This document shows, piece by piece, positions 1 through 11,523 of a DNA stretch of 64,000 nucleotides. Position numbers and translations under genes: made by a program. The DNA lies in contig CBFDEM010000046.1 of NCBI GenBank assembly GCA_965603825.1, forward strand, positions 372,001 to 436,000, written 5' to 3'. Source of the DNA: Blepharisma stoltei ATCC 30299. Taxonomy: Eukaryota; Protista; Ciliophora. Numbering within the stretch: the first letter of the stretch is position 1; every line of letters starts with the position of its first letter. A model generated the notes under the pieces. The model did no database searches, had not been told where the DNA came from, and was given only the letters and a program-made list of their open reading frames with translations.

Positions 1-2093
1 TTCAAAAATTTTTTGTAAAAATATCAATGATTTTTGGTCAATATATTGTTGTATTGTTGGAATATTTAAATCAAGTAATATGGGTTCAATAGGTGTTTTG
101 TCATAAACATGGCAACATTCTCTTATAATCTTATTGAATGATCTTTGAATTTGTTTAATTGCAGTTTTGCATTTAATTCTTGAGCATATTTCAAGACCAT
201 ATGTGCATCTTGGTAAGAATATTGCTTTGAAGCAGCTTATAAGAGTTTTACTTGGGATGTTAAGCATTCTTCTAATCATAGGGATTAGAGAGCAAGTAGA
301 TATTTTGCTTTTATCTTTGAGGTATTTATAATGCGCTTGGTCGAATCCTGTACCTCTTATATTTCCATTCATTATTTTGCCTAAATATTTATATTTTTCA
401 ACAACTGGTATTTCATGATTTTGGTATGATATTTTAGGTAGTTTACTTATAATATTTTTCCTATTTTTTGTTATGATTGGCATTATTGCTGTTTTTTCCG
501 GTCCTATATTCAAGTTCATATCATTATCTTTTGATCATTTATCAAGTTTATTTAAAATGTTTTCAATGTCTTTTCAATCTTCTATTACAAAAGCTGCATC
601 ATCCGCATATTGAAAATTGATTTTTGATTTTAATTGGTGATTGGGGAGGAGTTCTATATTGATGTCATTATTTTCCTTTTCTATATCATCTATATATATA
701 TTAAATAACAATGGTGATATTGCACTTCCTTGTCTCACACCTCTTGTTATGTTTATTTTTTCTGTTTCAATCCCATTTATGACAAGTGTAGTTTGTTCAC
801 CTTTTAGCATTTGTGAGATTATTTTCAGCTATCATTTTTTATTTTTTTTGCTTTAATTTTCTCTAATAGTCTAATTCTATTAACTGAGTCATAAGCTTTT
901 GAGAAATCAACAAATAATATATATGAGTCTCTACCTTTTCCAATCCTGTAATACTTACGATATTCCAGTGTAGATTTTAAGAGAAAAATCTGAGTCATGC
1001 ATGACTTTCCTTTTGTGAATCCATGTTGTCTTTCTGAGATATTAACCGTATTTTCAATTCTTTTTAGTTCTGCTTTGTCAAGAATCTTCATAAAATTATT
1101 CATTAAGGTTATGGGTCTATAGCTATTAAGTTCCTTCGGATTACCTTTTCCTTTGTATATAAGGATTGTTTTTGCTTCATTGGCTTTGTCTGGGATTCCA
1201 TTTAATTTGCAACTATTAAGGAAATGTGTAATTGCTTCTGCCATTATATCTCCACCTTTCTTTATTATCTCATTTCTTATATTGTCTGGTCCAGGAGCTT
1301 TTTTGTTTGGTAATTTTTTAATGATTTTCTGGATATCTTGGAAATCTCATAGTTCTTCTTTTGAGCATCCCTTTTGTGGTATGAATTCTATTTTACTTTT
1401 AAATTGATTTTCAAATTCTGTTGCTCAAGCTTTAATCTCTTCTTTGTTTAATGATAATGCGATTCTATTTTTATTCATCTGACGTTTTATTTTGTTTCAG
1501 GCTCCATATGGATCTTGCATACATTCTTTCAATCTGCTTTCACTGATTTTTTCATAGTTAGATAGTCTTTTTAGTTTATTTATTCATGCCTTTTTTACCT
1601 TTTGTAGTTTGTTAGCAAGTTCTCTATTATTTTGCGTTCAGCAAAATTTTATTCATTTCCTCGAGTCATTTATTCTATTTAATAAGATTTTCATTTCTGG
1701 GGTTCTAAAATGGTCTGGTTTTAAATGTTTTAGTAGGTATTTTGATTCTTCATCAATTGTTGATTTGATGTTATTAAATATTGCTAAAGGATCAAGAGTT
1801 TTGTAGATTCCTTTATTCTGGAAATTGATTCAGATTCTGTGTTGGAACGCTTCTAATTCCTTGCCTTCTAATTTATATCATGGAATCACGGATATTTGCT
1901 TTGGTATTATCTGGACACTTTTTATATGAGATAGTAATAATACGTGATTGGTGTTTAATTGTGGGACTTCTATGTATTTAATCTTTGATAGGGTTTCTGA
2001 AATAATATAATCGATAATAGTGTGTCTATTATTTCCTCTGAAAGTTGATATAGAAGTTTCATTTAATATATGTATAAGAAATTCAATTATTAT
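1..2093 (-). mobile_element. 5'-truncated non-LTR retrotransposon (LINE family A): end of APE endonuclease plus reverse transcriptase; runs off window start; one frameshift near 815-830
   Basis: With TGA=Trp one frame runs from ~2093 to 828. It gives the APE C-terminal motifs STFRGNNRHTIIDYII...LNTNH, then KAPGPD, YRPITL, QHGF.KGKSC and DFSKAYDSV. After a 1-nt frame break it gives GVRQGSAISPLLFNIY, QYADD, YKYLG and LPRCTYG. Confidence 0.92.
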
Positions 2094-2244
2094 TTATTTC
2101 ACCCATTGCAAATAATTATTAATTCTCCTACCGAATGATTTTATGATGAATTTCTTTATATTCCTATAAGGATTTTAGAATGAAAAAACTCATCGAAAAG
2201 TGTAATGCTGGGAAAAGTATATAGCTAAAATCATTATTTAGTGT

Positions 2245-3414
2245 TTAAACTTTCAGGTCATTGAAAACATCATCAGGAACCTCTAAAATTCTGATATCTT
2301 TCTTATCGAACTTCTTTCCGATCATCTTAATCCTTGCTGTCTCTGCTGACTCAGGTGTAGCAAATTCAATCAGCACGCATCCAGCTTCAGCACCCATCTT
2401 GGCTTTGTAAGGCCTCACCATTGTGCAATAATTCACCGTCCCATAAGTCTCAAATTCGGCCTTCATATCTGCCTCCATATCTCTGAACTCGCTTTCAGGC
2501 AGTTTTTTAGTTTGTTTCGGGTCCAAAAAGTCACAAATTTTGAGCACCCTGCATTTGGGTTTTACATAATCATGGTGCACAACAAAATCATTTCTCGAGT
2601 TTCCTTGAATATCTTGTATTGCAGCCACTGCAGTTGCAGCAGCCTTTGCACTGGTGCTAATATCATCATGCTTACTAAGAACGCTTTGGTTGATCCCAAG
2701 TGTCTGTCCAAGAGCTTCATTTCCTTCAATTTCTTCCTGTTTCGCTACCTTCAGTGGTCTTCCCAGCATTTTAATTCCATCCAGTCTTAGTGCTTTTGTG
2801 GCTTCTTCTTGTGATGAGAATTCCGCAATGCAAGCATTGGGCTGGTCTTCATCAATCCAAACCTTGAGGACTGGATTTTGATTTCCTTGATCGTTCAGGC
2901 GAAATTCATTCATTTTTTTATTCAGGTAGTCTTTAATATCATTCTCATTCAAATTATACTCAAACGGAACATTGGAAAGTCCTAGTCGTCTCGCTCTTCT
3001 ATTTGCTTCAATAACTTGGTTGATATTGGCAGTGCTCATATTTGATCTTGTGACCCATTGAAAGCCATCCCATACAAGTTCAGAATCTTGATCTTTCTTT
3101 GGTGCAGTTGACCCTGCAAGCTGCTTCAGCCACGGGTGAGGAGAGCGAGTTCTTGACCTTCCTACCATTCATGAAGCTGTCTGCAAGTATTCGGAGTCAG
3201 TGCTGCTTAAGCTTGATGATGAGTATCTTCTTTTGTTTCTTTTAGGAAATGGGTCTCTTTCTCTTTTTCTATAGCCATAACGCTCTTGTGGAGACCGAGA
3301 CCGTGATTTACGTCTTCTGTTGTCATCTCTTCTGTTGCCATCTCTTCGATTATCATCTCTTCTGTCGACTCTTCTATTGTCTTCTCTTCTATTATCCTCT
3401 CTTCTTCTATGCAT
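2245..3414 (-). CDS. U2AF2: U2AF large subunit-like splicing factor (RD/RS region, one RRM, C-terminal UHM), 389 aa
   Basis: ORFs 3169..3414 and 2245..3168 are contiguous through TGA=Trp. ARRLGLSNVP...NPVLKV...LDGIKMLGRPLKV matches U2AF65 RRM1. DMKAEFETYG...GCVLIEF...GKKF matches the UHM. Confidence 0.8.
3313..3408 (-). repeat. Imperfect coding tandem repeat, mostly 15-nt period (RREDN/RRDDN units), in the U2AF N-terminus
   Basis: Translation RREDN RREDN RRVD RRDDN RRDGN RRDDN. Confidence 0.8.
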
Positions 3415-3450
3415 TTATATAAATCTAGTTAAATGATTTTGCTTAAATTA

Positions 3451-5925
3451 TTATAATTCTCTTGATTTCGGCCAATCCTCAGCTGGCTTCCCTTTCTCCT
3501 CAATAAATTTCTTTATCGAAAGCGCAGGGCCATCTTCATGCAAATACGAAAGAGCCTTTTCCAAAAATTCTTTGGCTTCCTCCCATTGTCCTGAGATATA
3601 GTCGACATAGGCATGTCTGAAGGAGTCAAAGAAATGCTGTGGGATATCTTGCTGCATCCCTACAATGTCTGAGTCTAGTGTAAACATGTAGTCGACACCT
3701 TTATGCTGGAAGCTTTCGACGTTCACCGAGTCAAGCTTTTGGAGTTTTATTAATTTTCCAAGTTGGTGGGTTTCTGGGACTGGAAGCTCTTTTTCAGTGA
3801 TATCAAAGGAGTAGAGCCCAAATGTATTAGGCAGGTAATTTACATATACAGTATCAATCCTTCTACAACAAGTTTTTGCTTTAACTGATAGGTACCCATA
3901 GAAATCCTCACTCATAAGGACTGTGCTGCCATACTCTTTTCTGGCTTCAACAAGGTTATAGCCAACTGAGATATGAGGTGATAAGTAGGCTGGGTCTATT
4001 TTGGATTCAGAGCCGATGACTCCTTCAATAGACCAGCCAATGTGGATGCCTATTGTGATATCTGTAGAATATGTAGGGCCAAATCTTGAGATTATCCGTG
4101 GATGAACTTTATAAGCTTGGATGTCGCTAGCTCTCCTTATTTCTGCAAGAGTTTTAATAGCTGACACCAATGAACGGTTTGCAATGTCAGTTCTCTGCAT
4201 CGCAGGATTCGTTAAGTCGTCTTCATCAGTATCTTTGTCAGTTACTTCTGGAAGTCTCCATACAAGTAAAAATGAGCCTTGGATATTTTTTGATACCAAT
4301 CCGCCCCATTCTTTGCAACAAGCATGGATAATATTGCTAAGTTTATTGATAAAGATAGGAGATTCTTCTTGGAGACACTCTGAAATAGTTGTGAAGTTTT
4401 CTACGTTTATTATTTGAATTACGATTGAAACTTTATTCCCAGGGCGCATTAAATTAAGTTCTCCTTCGCCGCTCATCATATTTTTGCTTAAAATATCAGC
4501 GCCGTCTTCGCCAAATGACAATTGTAATAGGGAGCTTATTTTAGCTACAGTTTCTTCAAGTACATATGTGGTCTCTTCTTTTCTTATATCAGAATCTTCA
4601 GTCTTTTCTTCTTTTTCGATCTTTTTTAAAGGGTCGTCAGCTAAAGATTTAATAATCAAGACCATCTTTGTAATTGGAACAATTAAAATGGTTTGAGTAT
4701 CAGCAGTAAATGCTACAGCAGCAACAGCTAGAATAATCCCTACAAAAATTGTTGTAAAAACGTTCATTAGGGCCTCGTTCTCACTCTGACTTTTGATATT
4801 GAACCTTGCGTAAGCTTGAAGATTTTTACACCCTGCAACATCACCGTCAGTGCATTCATCAGGCGTATAAACAGCAAGCAGCATTTCAACATCTCGCAAA
4901 TGGCAATCAGAACCTACAGATTTTCCTGAACAGTTTTCACTTTGGTTTCATGCGATTCCTGACAAGTCACTTTTTTTAATGCTAGTTATTTCATGGATTT
5001 CGCCGTTTTCGAAATAGTCAGGTAAATACATCCATAGCAGAGGATATTGGGCACTGTCTCCGTCAGTTTCTTCAGTACATAAGGTATAGCGGTACACAAG
5101 CTCATACCATCCGAAGTTGGTCTCCCAGTGGATTTTGTTGGGGTCGCTGCATTCAAATTGGTCAGAGCTTGTGCAAGCGCTCCTTCCCATCCAGAAAAGC
5201 TGCTGGAGACCATATGTAGGGGCATTGTCACTTTCTGTAGATTGCATGATAGGTATGAAGATGACCATGAGAAGGACAACAATGATCACTCTTCTTGTAG
5301 TAGTGTCCGAAAGGATTTTTCCGAGCCTTGTAGGGTCCATTTCTCTGTTCATAGCAGCTTGTCTTGCAGTTTTGGCTAGTTTTTGAGCTTCTTTAAGTCG
5401 CTGCTCTTGCTCTTCAGTGTCTCGTTTGGTTACATATTTATAAAGCTTTACAATACGAACCAATCGAATAAGTCTGAATGATTTAAGAACCTTTTTGGCT
5501 ATGGACTGAGCTGATTGGCTTTGGCCTGTTGTATTGACTGTGACATTAGCTGTATAAGGAAGTCCACCAAAAATTGTAGTTATGTAGTCAAACATTCATG
5601 GAATGTCAGGAATTAGCGAAATCGCTGCAATTACGTCAAGCCAGAAGAAAAAGGAGTATTTATACTCATCCACTACTAAACTGTTGAAAAAAATATCTAA
5701 GATAAATAAGAAAAGCATGATTACATAGGAGGCAAAGAAATAGTCGTCTGCACTTTTGTCTGTGGATAGAAGCCTTATGTCATCTCCAAATAAAGCCCAA
5801 AGGGTTACGCTAGCCATTAATAGAGTAACGAATTTTCCATCCAAAATGTCTCGGATCCTTTGTCTAAGCTTTGCCTCCTCATCTTCTGGTCTTCCCGATT
5901 TCGGTTTTTTATTAGTGTTGTTCAT
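3451..5925 (-). CDS. Alveolate-type ion-channel/voltage-sensor-fused class III adenylyl cyclase homologue with C-terminal TPR-like helix, catalytically degenerate, 824 aa
   Basis: Three ORFs join in one frame through TGA at 5596-5598 and 4948-4950. The protein has S1-S3 helices (FFFWLD), S4 RLIRLVRIVKLYK, cyclase fold KNI..FLLVW / GIHIGWSIEGVIGSESKID..YLSP, and C-terminal Y.SGQW..A.....A......DGP. Confidence 0.88.
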
Positions 5926-6203
5926 ATTTTGAATTATAAATGAAAACCTAATAAATAAAACAGATTTATATATCTACCCATCAATTCTTTTAAGTAAAAT
6001 AAACATTGAGCTGTATGATAGTCTGCAACTTCTACGCATAAATATAAATTTATAAATAAAGTCTATTAAATCTTTTAATGTGAAATCTGCATATATAACG
6101 CAGCACTAATATGCAAATTCTTAAGTGGATATAATCTTTGATACTTAAAAATGAAAATAAGTGAATCTTATCGTTCTCAGATGATATTTAGGAATTTGAT
6201 TTT

Positions 6204-6533
6204 TTAATTATTTTTTGGCTGATTATAACTTTGGCGCACACGCTCTTCAGATTCTTTTGTGATTTGATTAATCCGCTCTCTTATAAGATCACTAGTCATA
6301 TTTCTATAAGGAATTTTATCTTGTTCCCAGCTATAGCCATCTTCTCCTAAATCTTCGAGAATTTCTTTTTCCATTCTGCACTGCATGTATTCTTTTGCTT
6401 GAATTTTACATTTTTTGGGAATTTTTGAAGGTCTTGAGAGGCACGCTCTGTATCTCTCTGCCTGAATTTCACAGCCTTTAACTATGTCGATTTTTGGACC
6501 ATTTACAATGGATTGAGATTCTTGATTATTCAT
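6204..6533 (-). CDS. COX19: Twin CX9C mitochondrial protein, COX19-like
   Basis: C-EIQAERYRA-C ... C-KIQAKEYMQ-CRM; the AK.Y..CRM signature is typical of COX19. Confidence 0.7.
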   Translation of the reverse strand: MNNQESQSIVNGPKIDIVKGCEIQAERYRACLSRPSKIPKKCKIQAKEYMQCRMEKEILEDLGEDGYSWEQDKIPYRNMTSDLIRERINQITKESEERVRQSYNQPKNN

Positions 6534-7200
6534 CTTTATATCTCTCTAAATAAATTGCTTTATATGCTATTACTGATGCTTCTCTACATCAGATTTATGA
6601 TCATAAAAGCATAAATTTAAAGCTACACCATTTTCTAATTCGAAATTCATGAATATGGAGAATTATTAAATAACTTAGAAATGATCCATAAAAATTGTTG
6701 TCCAATATTCAGAGCACTGAGCATTTTACTCGGTATTATCATATAAAAATTTTTATCATTAAAAAGAAATGATAAAAAGGTAATAGCAATATTATGAAAA
6801 CTTTAATTTACTGCAAATTTAGTATTCAGGAGCTTCATCAGTTTTTATTTCATTTCTTAGAGCAGCAGTTGTCTTCAATCGTTTCTGAATTATATTTTCA
6901 AAATTTATCTGATTTTTATTTTGGCGGAGTGAAAGTTATTATTTAAAACTTTAATAATTATATATTCTGATCTATATCTCAACACACTTTAAGCAATATT
7001 TTATTGAAGTTTTTTTATAATCAGTTTTAATTTTATGTCTTACCAAAAATATCGTTCAATTTTGCCTGAATTCCTTTTATGTTTTCGTCTGGACCATATT
7101 CGAATAACGAAAATGGATGGTATATGTTGAATTTTAAACACCACAGACATCTATTTCTAACTACCAAATTTTCATTGAAATAACCATCACATAATAATAA

Positions 7201-7695
7201 ATGAAATCAGGTAGAAGACATAACAACCATTCAAGACGACGAAAAATCCAAAGACCAGTGGAACCATATTACCAAGCTTCTTATAGAGAAATAATGCATG
7301 ACCTCAAATTACTCGAAGGGCTTGCTCCAAAGAAGCAAATTGCTCCAGAAGAAATTATCCTCCCACAAAAAAGACCTAGACCTGAAAGACTTGTTGAAAC
7401 AATCGAAGAGACTCAAGCACTTGAAATGCTTGTAACTTTGATCAACAAAACTGAAGTGCCAGCACCTAAAGTTCAAGCTCCAACACAAAGACAATTCAAT
7501 GCTCAGCAAATAGAAGCTTACCAAAGAGCCAATTTGATGAAGCTCGGCGCGTATTGGAATCAGCAATACTTAATGATGATGCAATGGCAAAATTATTATG
7601 CTAATATGAACTACTATGGGGCTCATATCAAAAGAATTCAAACAGAGATGCAGCAAAACGTATTTGCTGGCAGGTCTGCAAACAATGTGTTATAA
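7201..7695 (+). CDS. Hypothetical protein with basic N-terminus and Q/N/Y/M-rich C-terminus
   Basis: 164-aa ATG..TAA ORF, richer in GC than the AT-rich flanks. Confidence 0.7.
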   Translation: MKSGRRHNNHSRRRKIQRPVEPYYQASYREIMHDLKLLEGLAPKKQIAPEEIILPQKRPRPERLVETIEETQALEMLVTLINKTEVPAPKVQAPTQRQFNAQQIEAYQRANLMKLGAYWNQQYLMMMQWQNYYANMNYYGAHIKRIQTEMQQNVFAGRSANNVL

Positions 7696-8476
7696 GTTTA
7701 TGATAAATTCTATTTTTTAAGTTTTGGCTTTATCCATAGATATGGATTTTATGGTTAAAAATAAGAATCGGAGAATAAAAGTCTCCATAGAATATGCCAG
7801 TTTTAGAATAAATTTAAATCTTCCAATCTAAAGATTTATAATTATTCATAAAAAATTATAAATTCATTTACTTTTTAACTCTTCTATATGATTCTCATGC
7901 TAGATTATTTATCAAACTCTTGCTTTCTTTTTTAAAAAGCTCGATAAGATATGAGTTTATTTGAATTTTTGTTCAGCCATCAGTTTCCATATTGCAACAT
8001 AAAGTATTAATTCAGCTGGCCCAATGCTTTTTCTGCTTTAAACCTTTTAGAAGGGTTACTTTTAGGCAGAGCACTCACTGGAGTTTGAAAGAAGTGTGAT
8101 CAGCGCGACCAATAAAAGTTTTCTCGCCACATTGGTGTGTTCTCTGGATTGTTTGCAGACAAATTGGCTATCCACATAATTAGTTGAGAGTAAGCGGATG
8201 CTCTGATATTAATCCTGAGCAAGAGAGTATCACTTTAAAAATCTGAGTAATTAAGCTAAATCAAGCAACGAAAAATATTAATTTTGTTATGATTTTTAGT
8301 AAAAATGCGAATTACCCTTTTCTAAAAAATTTTATTTTCCTCATAAACATATGGTACCTCTTTTCAAATTTTACAATCAAGTCACTTTCGAGCACAGAAA
8401 GTTTCTATAAGATTCAAAATAATAATCTAAAAATTCTCAGATAAAATGTTAGCTTGCCAAAATTTAGGCGAAATAA

Positions 8477-9466
8477 ATGGTATCAATTTGGTTCTTGATC
8501 TCTCTTCTGGGTCAAACATACGCACAATCTACTTGTTATGCACTTACCATGGAAGGAGGAGGAAGCCATGGAGCATATGAAGCAGGATCTATTCAAGAAT
8601 TAGCTTATACAGCCCCAGTGAGTGTTGCCTACAATGTGGTAACAGGGATTTCCACAGGAGCTCTCAATGCAGGAGGTGTGGCTCAATTTAAACAAGGAAA
8701 TGAAAAAGCAATGGCTGATTTTCTCGTGAATACTTGGCTTACTCTAAATGGTTCCGCAAGTGTTTATGTTGAATGGGACGGCGGACTGCTTGAAGGACTT
8801 CTATTTCAAAGAGGGATTTACGACAACAAGCCTCTTGTAAAAACCTTGAACTCAAGATATACATATGGAATAAATAGAAATATTACAATCGGCTCCACAA
8901 ACTTAGACACTGGGCTCTTTGGCCAATTTAATGAAAGTTTAGGCTCCAAAGACATCATTACAGCTATTACTTGCTCTGCTTGTCCTCCTTGGTATTTCCC
9001 TCCTACAAACTTTTTGGGCAGCACTTGGGTTGATGGAGGAGTTGTGATAAATCTTGATGTTTTTGCAGCAGTTAATAGATGCCTTGATGTAACTGGAGGA
9101 GACCAGTCTAAGATCACGGTCGATATGATTTATGATTATGGAGACAGCCCACTTCCAGCGGAAACCAATATGACGACCTTATATATTTTCAAGCGAGTTA
9201 GTGAGATACGCAACTACGACAGTCAGATGTGGTTTTACTATAACGCATTAACAGCATGGCCAAAAGTTAACTACAGATATGTCATTTTCGCTAGTCAACC
9301 TATGTCTGGCGGATTTGTTCCTCTTGATTTCAACCAAACAACTCTCGAATGGGAAGTCCAGCTCGGCAAAAACGACACTGCCAAAGTCATCAGTGAAGGA
9401 ATAGATGGGAAAACAATTTTAACGGAGAGATATCTCAAGAACAAGAGTAAAATCATTTACCCTTAA
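8477..9466 (+). CDS. Secreted patatin-like phospholipase
   Basis: Signal-peptide-like N-terminus, GGGSHG oxyanion loop, GISTG nucleophile elbow, DGG catalytic Asp. Confidence 0.92.
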   Translation: MVSIWFLISLLGQTYAQSTCYALTMEGGGSHGAYEAGSIQELAYTAPVSVAYNVVTGISTGALNAGGVAQFKQGNEKAMADFLVNTWLTLNGSASVYVEWDGGLLEGLLFQRGIYDNKPLVKTLNSRYTYGINRNITIGSTNLDTGLFGQFNESLGSKDIITAITCSACPPWYFPPTNFLGSTWVDGGVVINLDVFAAVNRCLDVTGGDQSKITVDMIYDYGDSPLPAETNMTTLYIFKRVSEIRNYDSQMWFYYNALTAWPKVNYRYVIFASQPMSGGFVPLDFNQTTLEWEVQLGKNDTAKVISEGIDGKTILTERYLKNKSKIIYP

Positions 9467-9485
9467 TATTATTTCTTAATAAAAC

Positions 9486-9908
9486 ATGGCTGAAGAAGAC
9501 AAGCAGTCTTACTTAGATGGAAGCAATTTGTTCAGGTTTGAATTCATGAGAAGTAGTGTACAATGGGGAGTTGCATTAGGAGCGCTGATGGCTTGCCACA
9601 CGTTTTCTAGGTCAAGAAGGTGGGGAGAAAGCATTTTTTCTGGGTATATGTGAGGATCGACGCTGGGGATTTTGATATTTGGGTGGAATTATTTTAAATT
9701 TACACAAACGCAGAGCATGTTGAGGCTCCAGACCTATGAAAGGCAAGAAACGAATTCGAGGCAGGAATATGCGAAAAGATATTTTAGAGAAAAATTCCAT
9801 TTAGAAGAGCTTGATGATGAAAAGCTAGATATTGTGATTGAAAAGATGGAAGGGGCGTGGCAAAGAATAGAGGCAGAGCTTATGGCTCCAGATGAAGAAA
9901 GTCAGTAA
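9486..9908 (+). CDS. Small two-TM membrane protein, 140 aa (weak COX20-like layout)
   Basis: ATG 9486 is in frame with ORF 9672..9908 through one TGA=Trp (MAEEDKQ...GVALGALMACH...GYMWGSTLGILIFGW). Confidence 0.7.
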
Positions 9909-10230
9909 TACCTAGTAAAATAATAGGTATATCATATTTATAAACGATATTTAGTAAGTTTTATTGTATTTTATTAGAGATGAGTGAATCTCTTTCTTTT
10001 TCTAAAAGAAGTACCAATAACTGTATAGATAAAAAAAATGAATTTAGCTAAATAAAGAAGCTCAGATTTTTTTAGCTTCTGTCCTAATTTTCAAATTAAG
10101 TCTGACCTTCTCATACTAAGTATCTGCCCAGCGCAAATTTCATGTATAAAAGCTCACACTTAAATTTTTTAATTTAAGCTCAAAAAAAACAAATTTTATC
10201 CATATTTACAATTATTCAAGCACAACTAGA

Positions 10231-11523
10231 ATGGAAACTTCATCAGACGTTGAAATCGAGTCAGAAAGTGACCTCGAAACCATAAAAGCTGAAGCAGAAG
10301 AATTACGAGCAAAACTTGAAGAGTTAAGGAACCACCCAAAGCTCCTATCTCCTCCATCTCTGCCTACAAGCTCTCAAATTATAGACCAAGAAATCGATAA
10401 ATGCCAAGAGACAATAGCTCAAATCCATCAAGAGCTCGTCAAGGAAAAAGTTACTTATAGAAAGCTATTCGTAGAAAAAGAATACGTTCAAAGCACCATA
10501 ACTGAAGAGTAACTTATATTTAGTAGCTCAGAAGTCGCTCGGTTGTCTAAAAGAATCAACGAGTTGTCAACTGAAAACCAAAGATTAATTGAAGCAAAAA
10601 TGAATTCAGACAAAGAAGAAGCCCAACAATCATTAGAGCAGATGAGAAATAAAAACCCAAAGCTTTTTTTCTTAATGTCAAAAACAATGCAAGCTGAAGA
10701 AAATAACCAAAACCTGAAAATTGCTATGGAAGAGCTGACAAGGTCAAGAAATGACATAAGAATGGAATATTATGATGTGACCTCAAAACTTACATTTGAG
10801 GACCAGTTAAAGTCAGGACAAAGGAAAATGGAACAAGACATTGAAAATTATGAGAAAAAAAATAAAGATTTAGAAGCCAAGCTAAATCAAAGGAAATTTC
10901 AGTTGAAAGACTTTGAAAGGCTGAAGGATAGGCCGCATGTTAAAAAATATTTAAGAAGATTCCAAACGTTGGAAAAAGAGCATCAATATTTTCAAGAAAA
11001 AATCAGAGGAATTTATGATGATTTAGATGAATGCGAGCTAAAAATGCTTGAAAAAACCAAAGGGCTCACAAAAATGACAGAGACAGAAACATGCAGAAGA
11101 TTAAGAGAAGAAATAAAATCAATCGAAACACAAATTATTAATATGACCAAAGAAGATAAAGAGAAGGAGAAACAGCTGAAAGAACTGAAATTTAACTATG
11201 AAGAAATTGGGAAGCAAGTCACAGTATTTAGCAGATGTGTGACCCCTATGAGTTTGTCTCAGCAAGAGCAAAAGCCGACAGTCGCGCAAGAAAAAGAGAC
11301 AGGCTCACCTAAAAAGAAAAAAATGAGCGAAGAACAAAAAAGGCAAAAATTAGTAATTTTGCTAGAAAAAGAATTAAAAGAAGGACAGCCTGCTAAGGTC
11401 CTTAAAGAACTTAAAAATTTTGGAAAGCCGAATCAAGGCATAGCAACAAAGATTGTGGAAATCAATAGGGGTGAATTTTTAACGCGCTACAAGCGAGAAA
11501 AGGCTGGACCAAGCTTAGGCTAA
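10231..11523 (+). CDS. Long coiled-coil protein with one 15-nt intron (10509..10523)
   Basis: ORFs 10231..10512 and 10543..11523 join in frame after removing GTAACTTATATTTAG; E/K/Q/L heptad-rich sequence. Confidence 0.85.
10509..10523 (+). other. 15-nt spliceosomal intron
   Basis: GTAACTTATATTTAG contains the TAA that breaks the ORF and has A at -6 from the 3' end. Confidence 0.88.

Noticed and set aside
641-5386. Plus-strand ORFs such as 641..856, 1153..1407, 2512..2790, 4121..4417, 5117..5386 (also 36111..37196, 60888..61142)
   Set aside because: They are antisense shadows of well-supported genes or LINEs and have no recognisable motifs.
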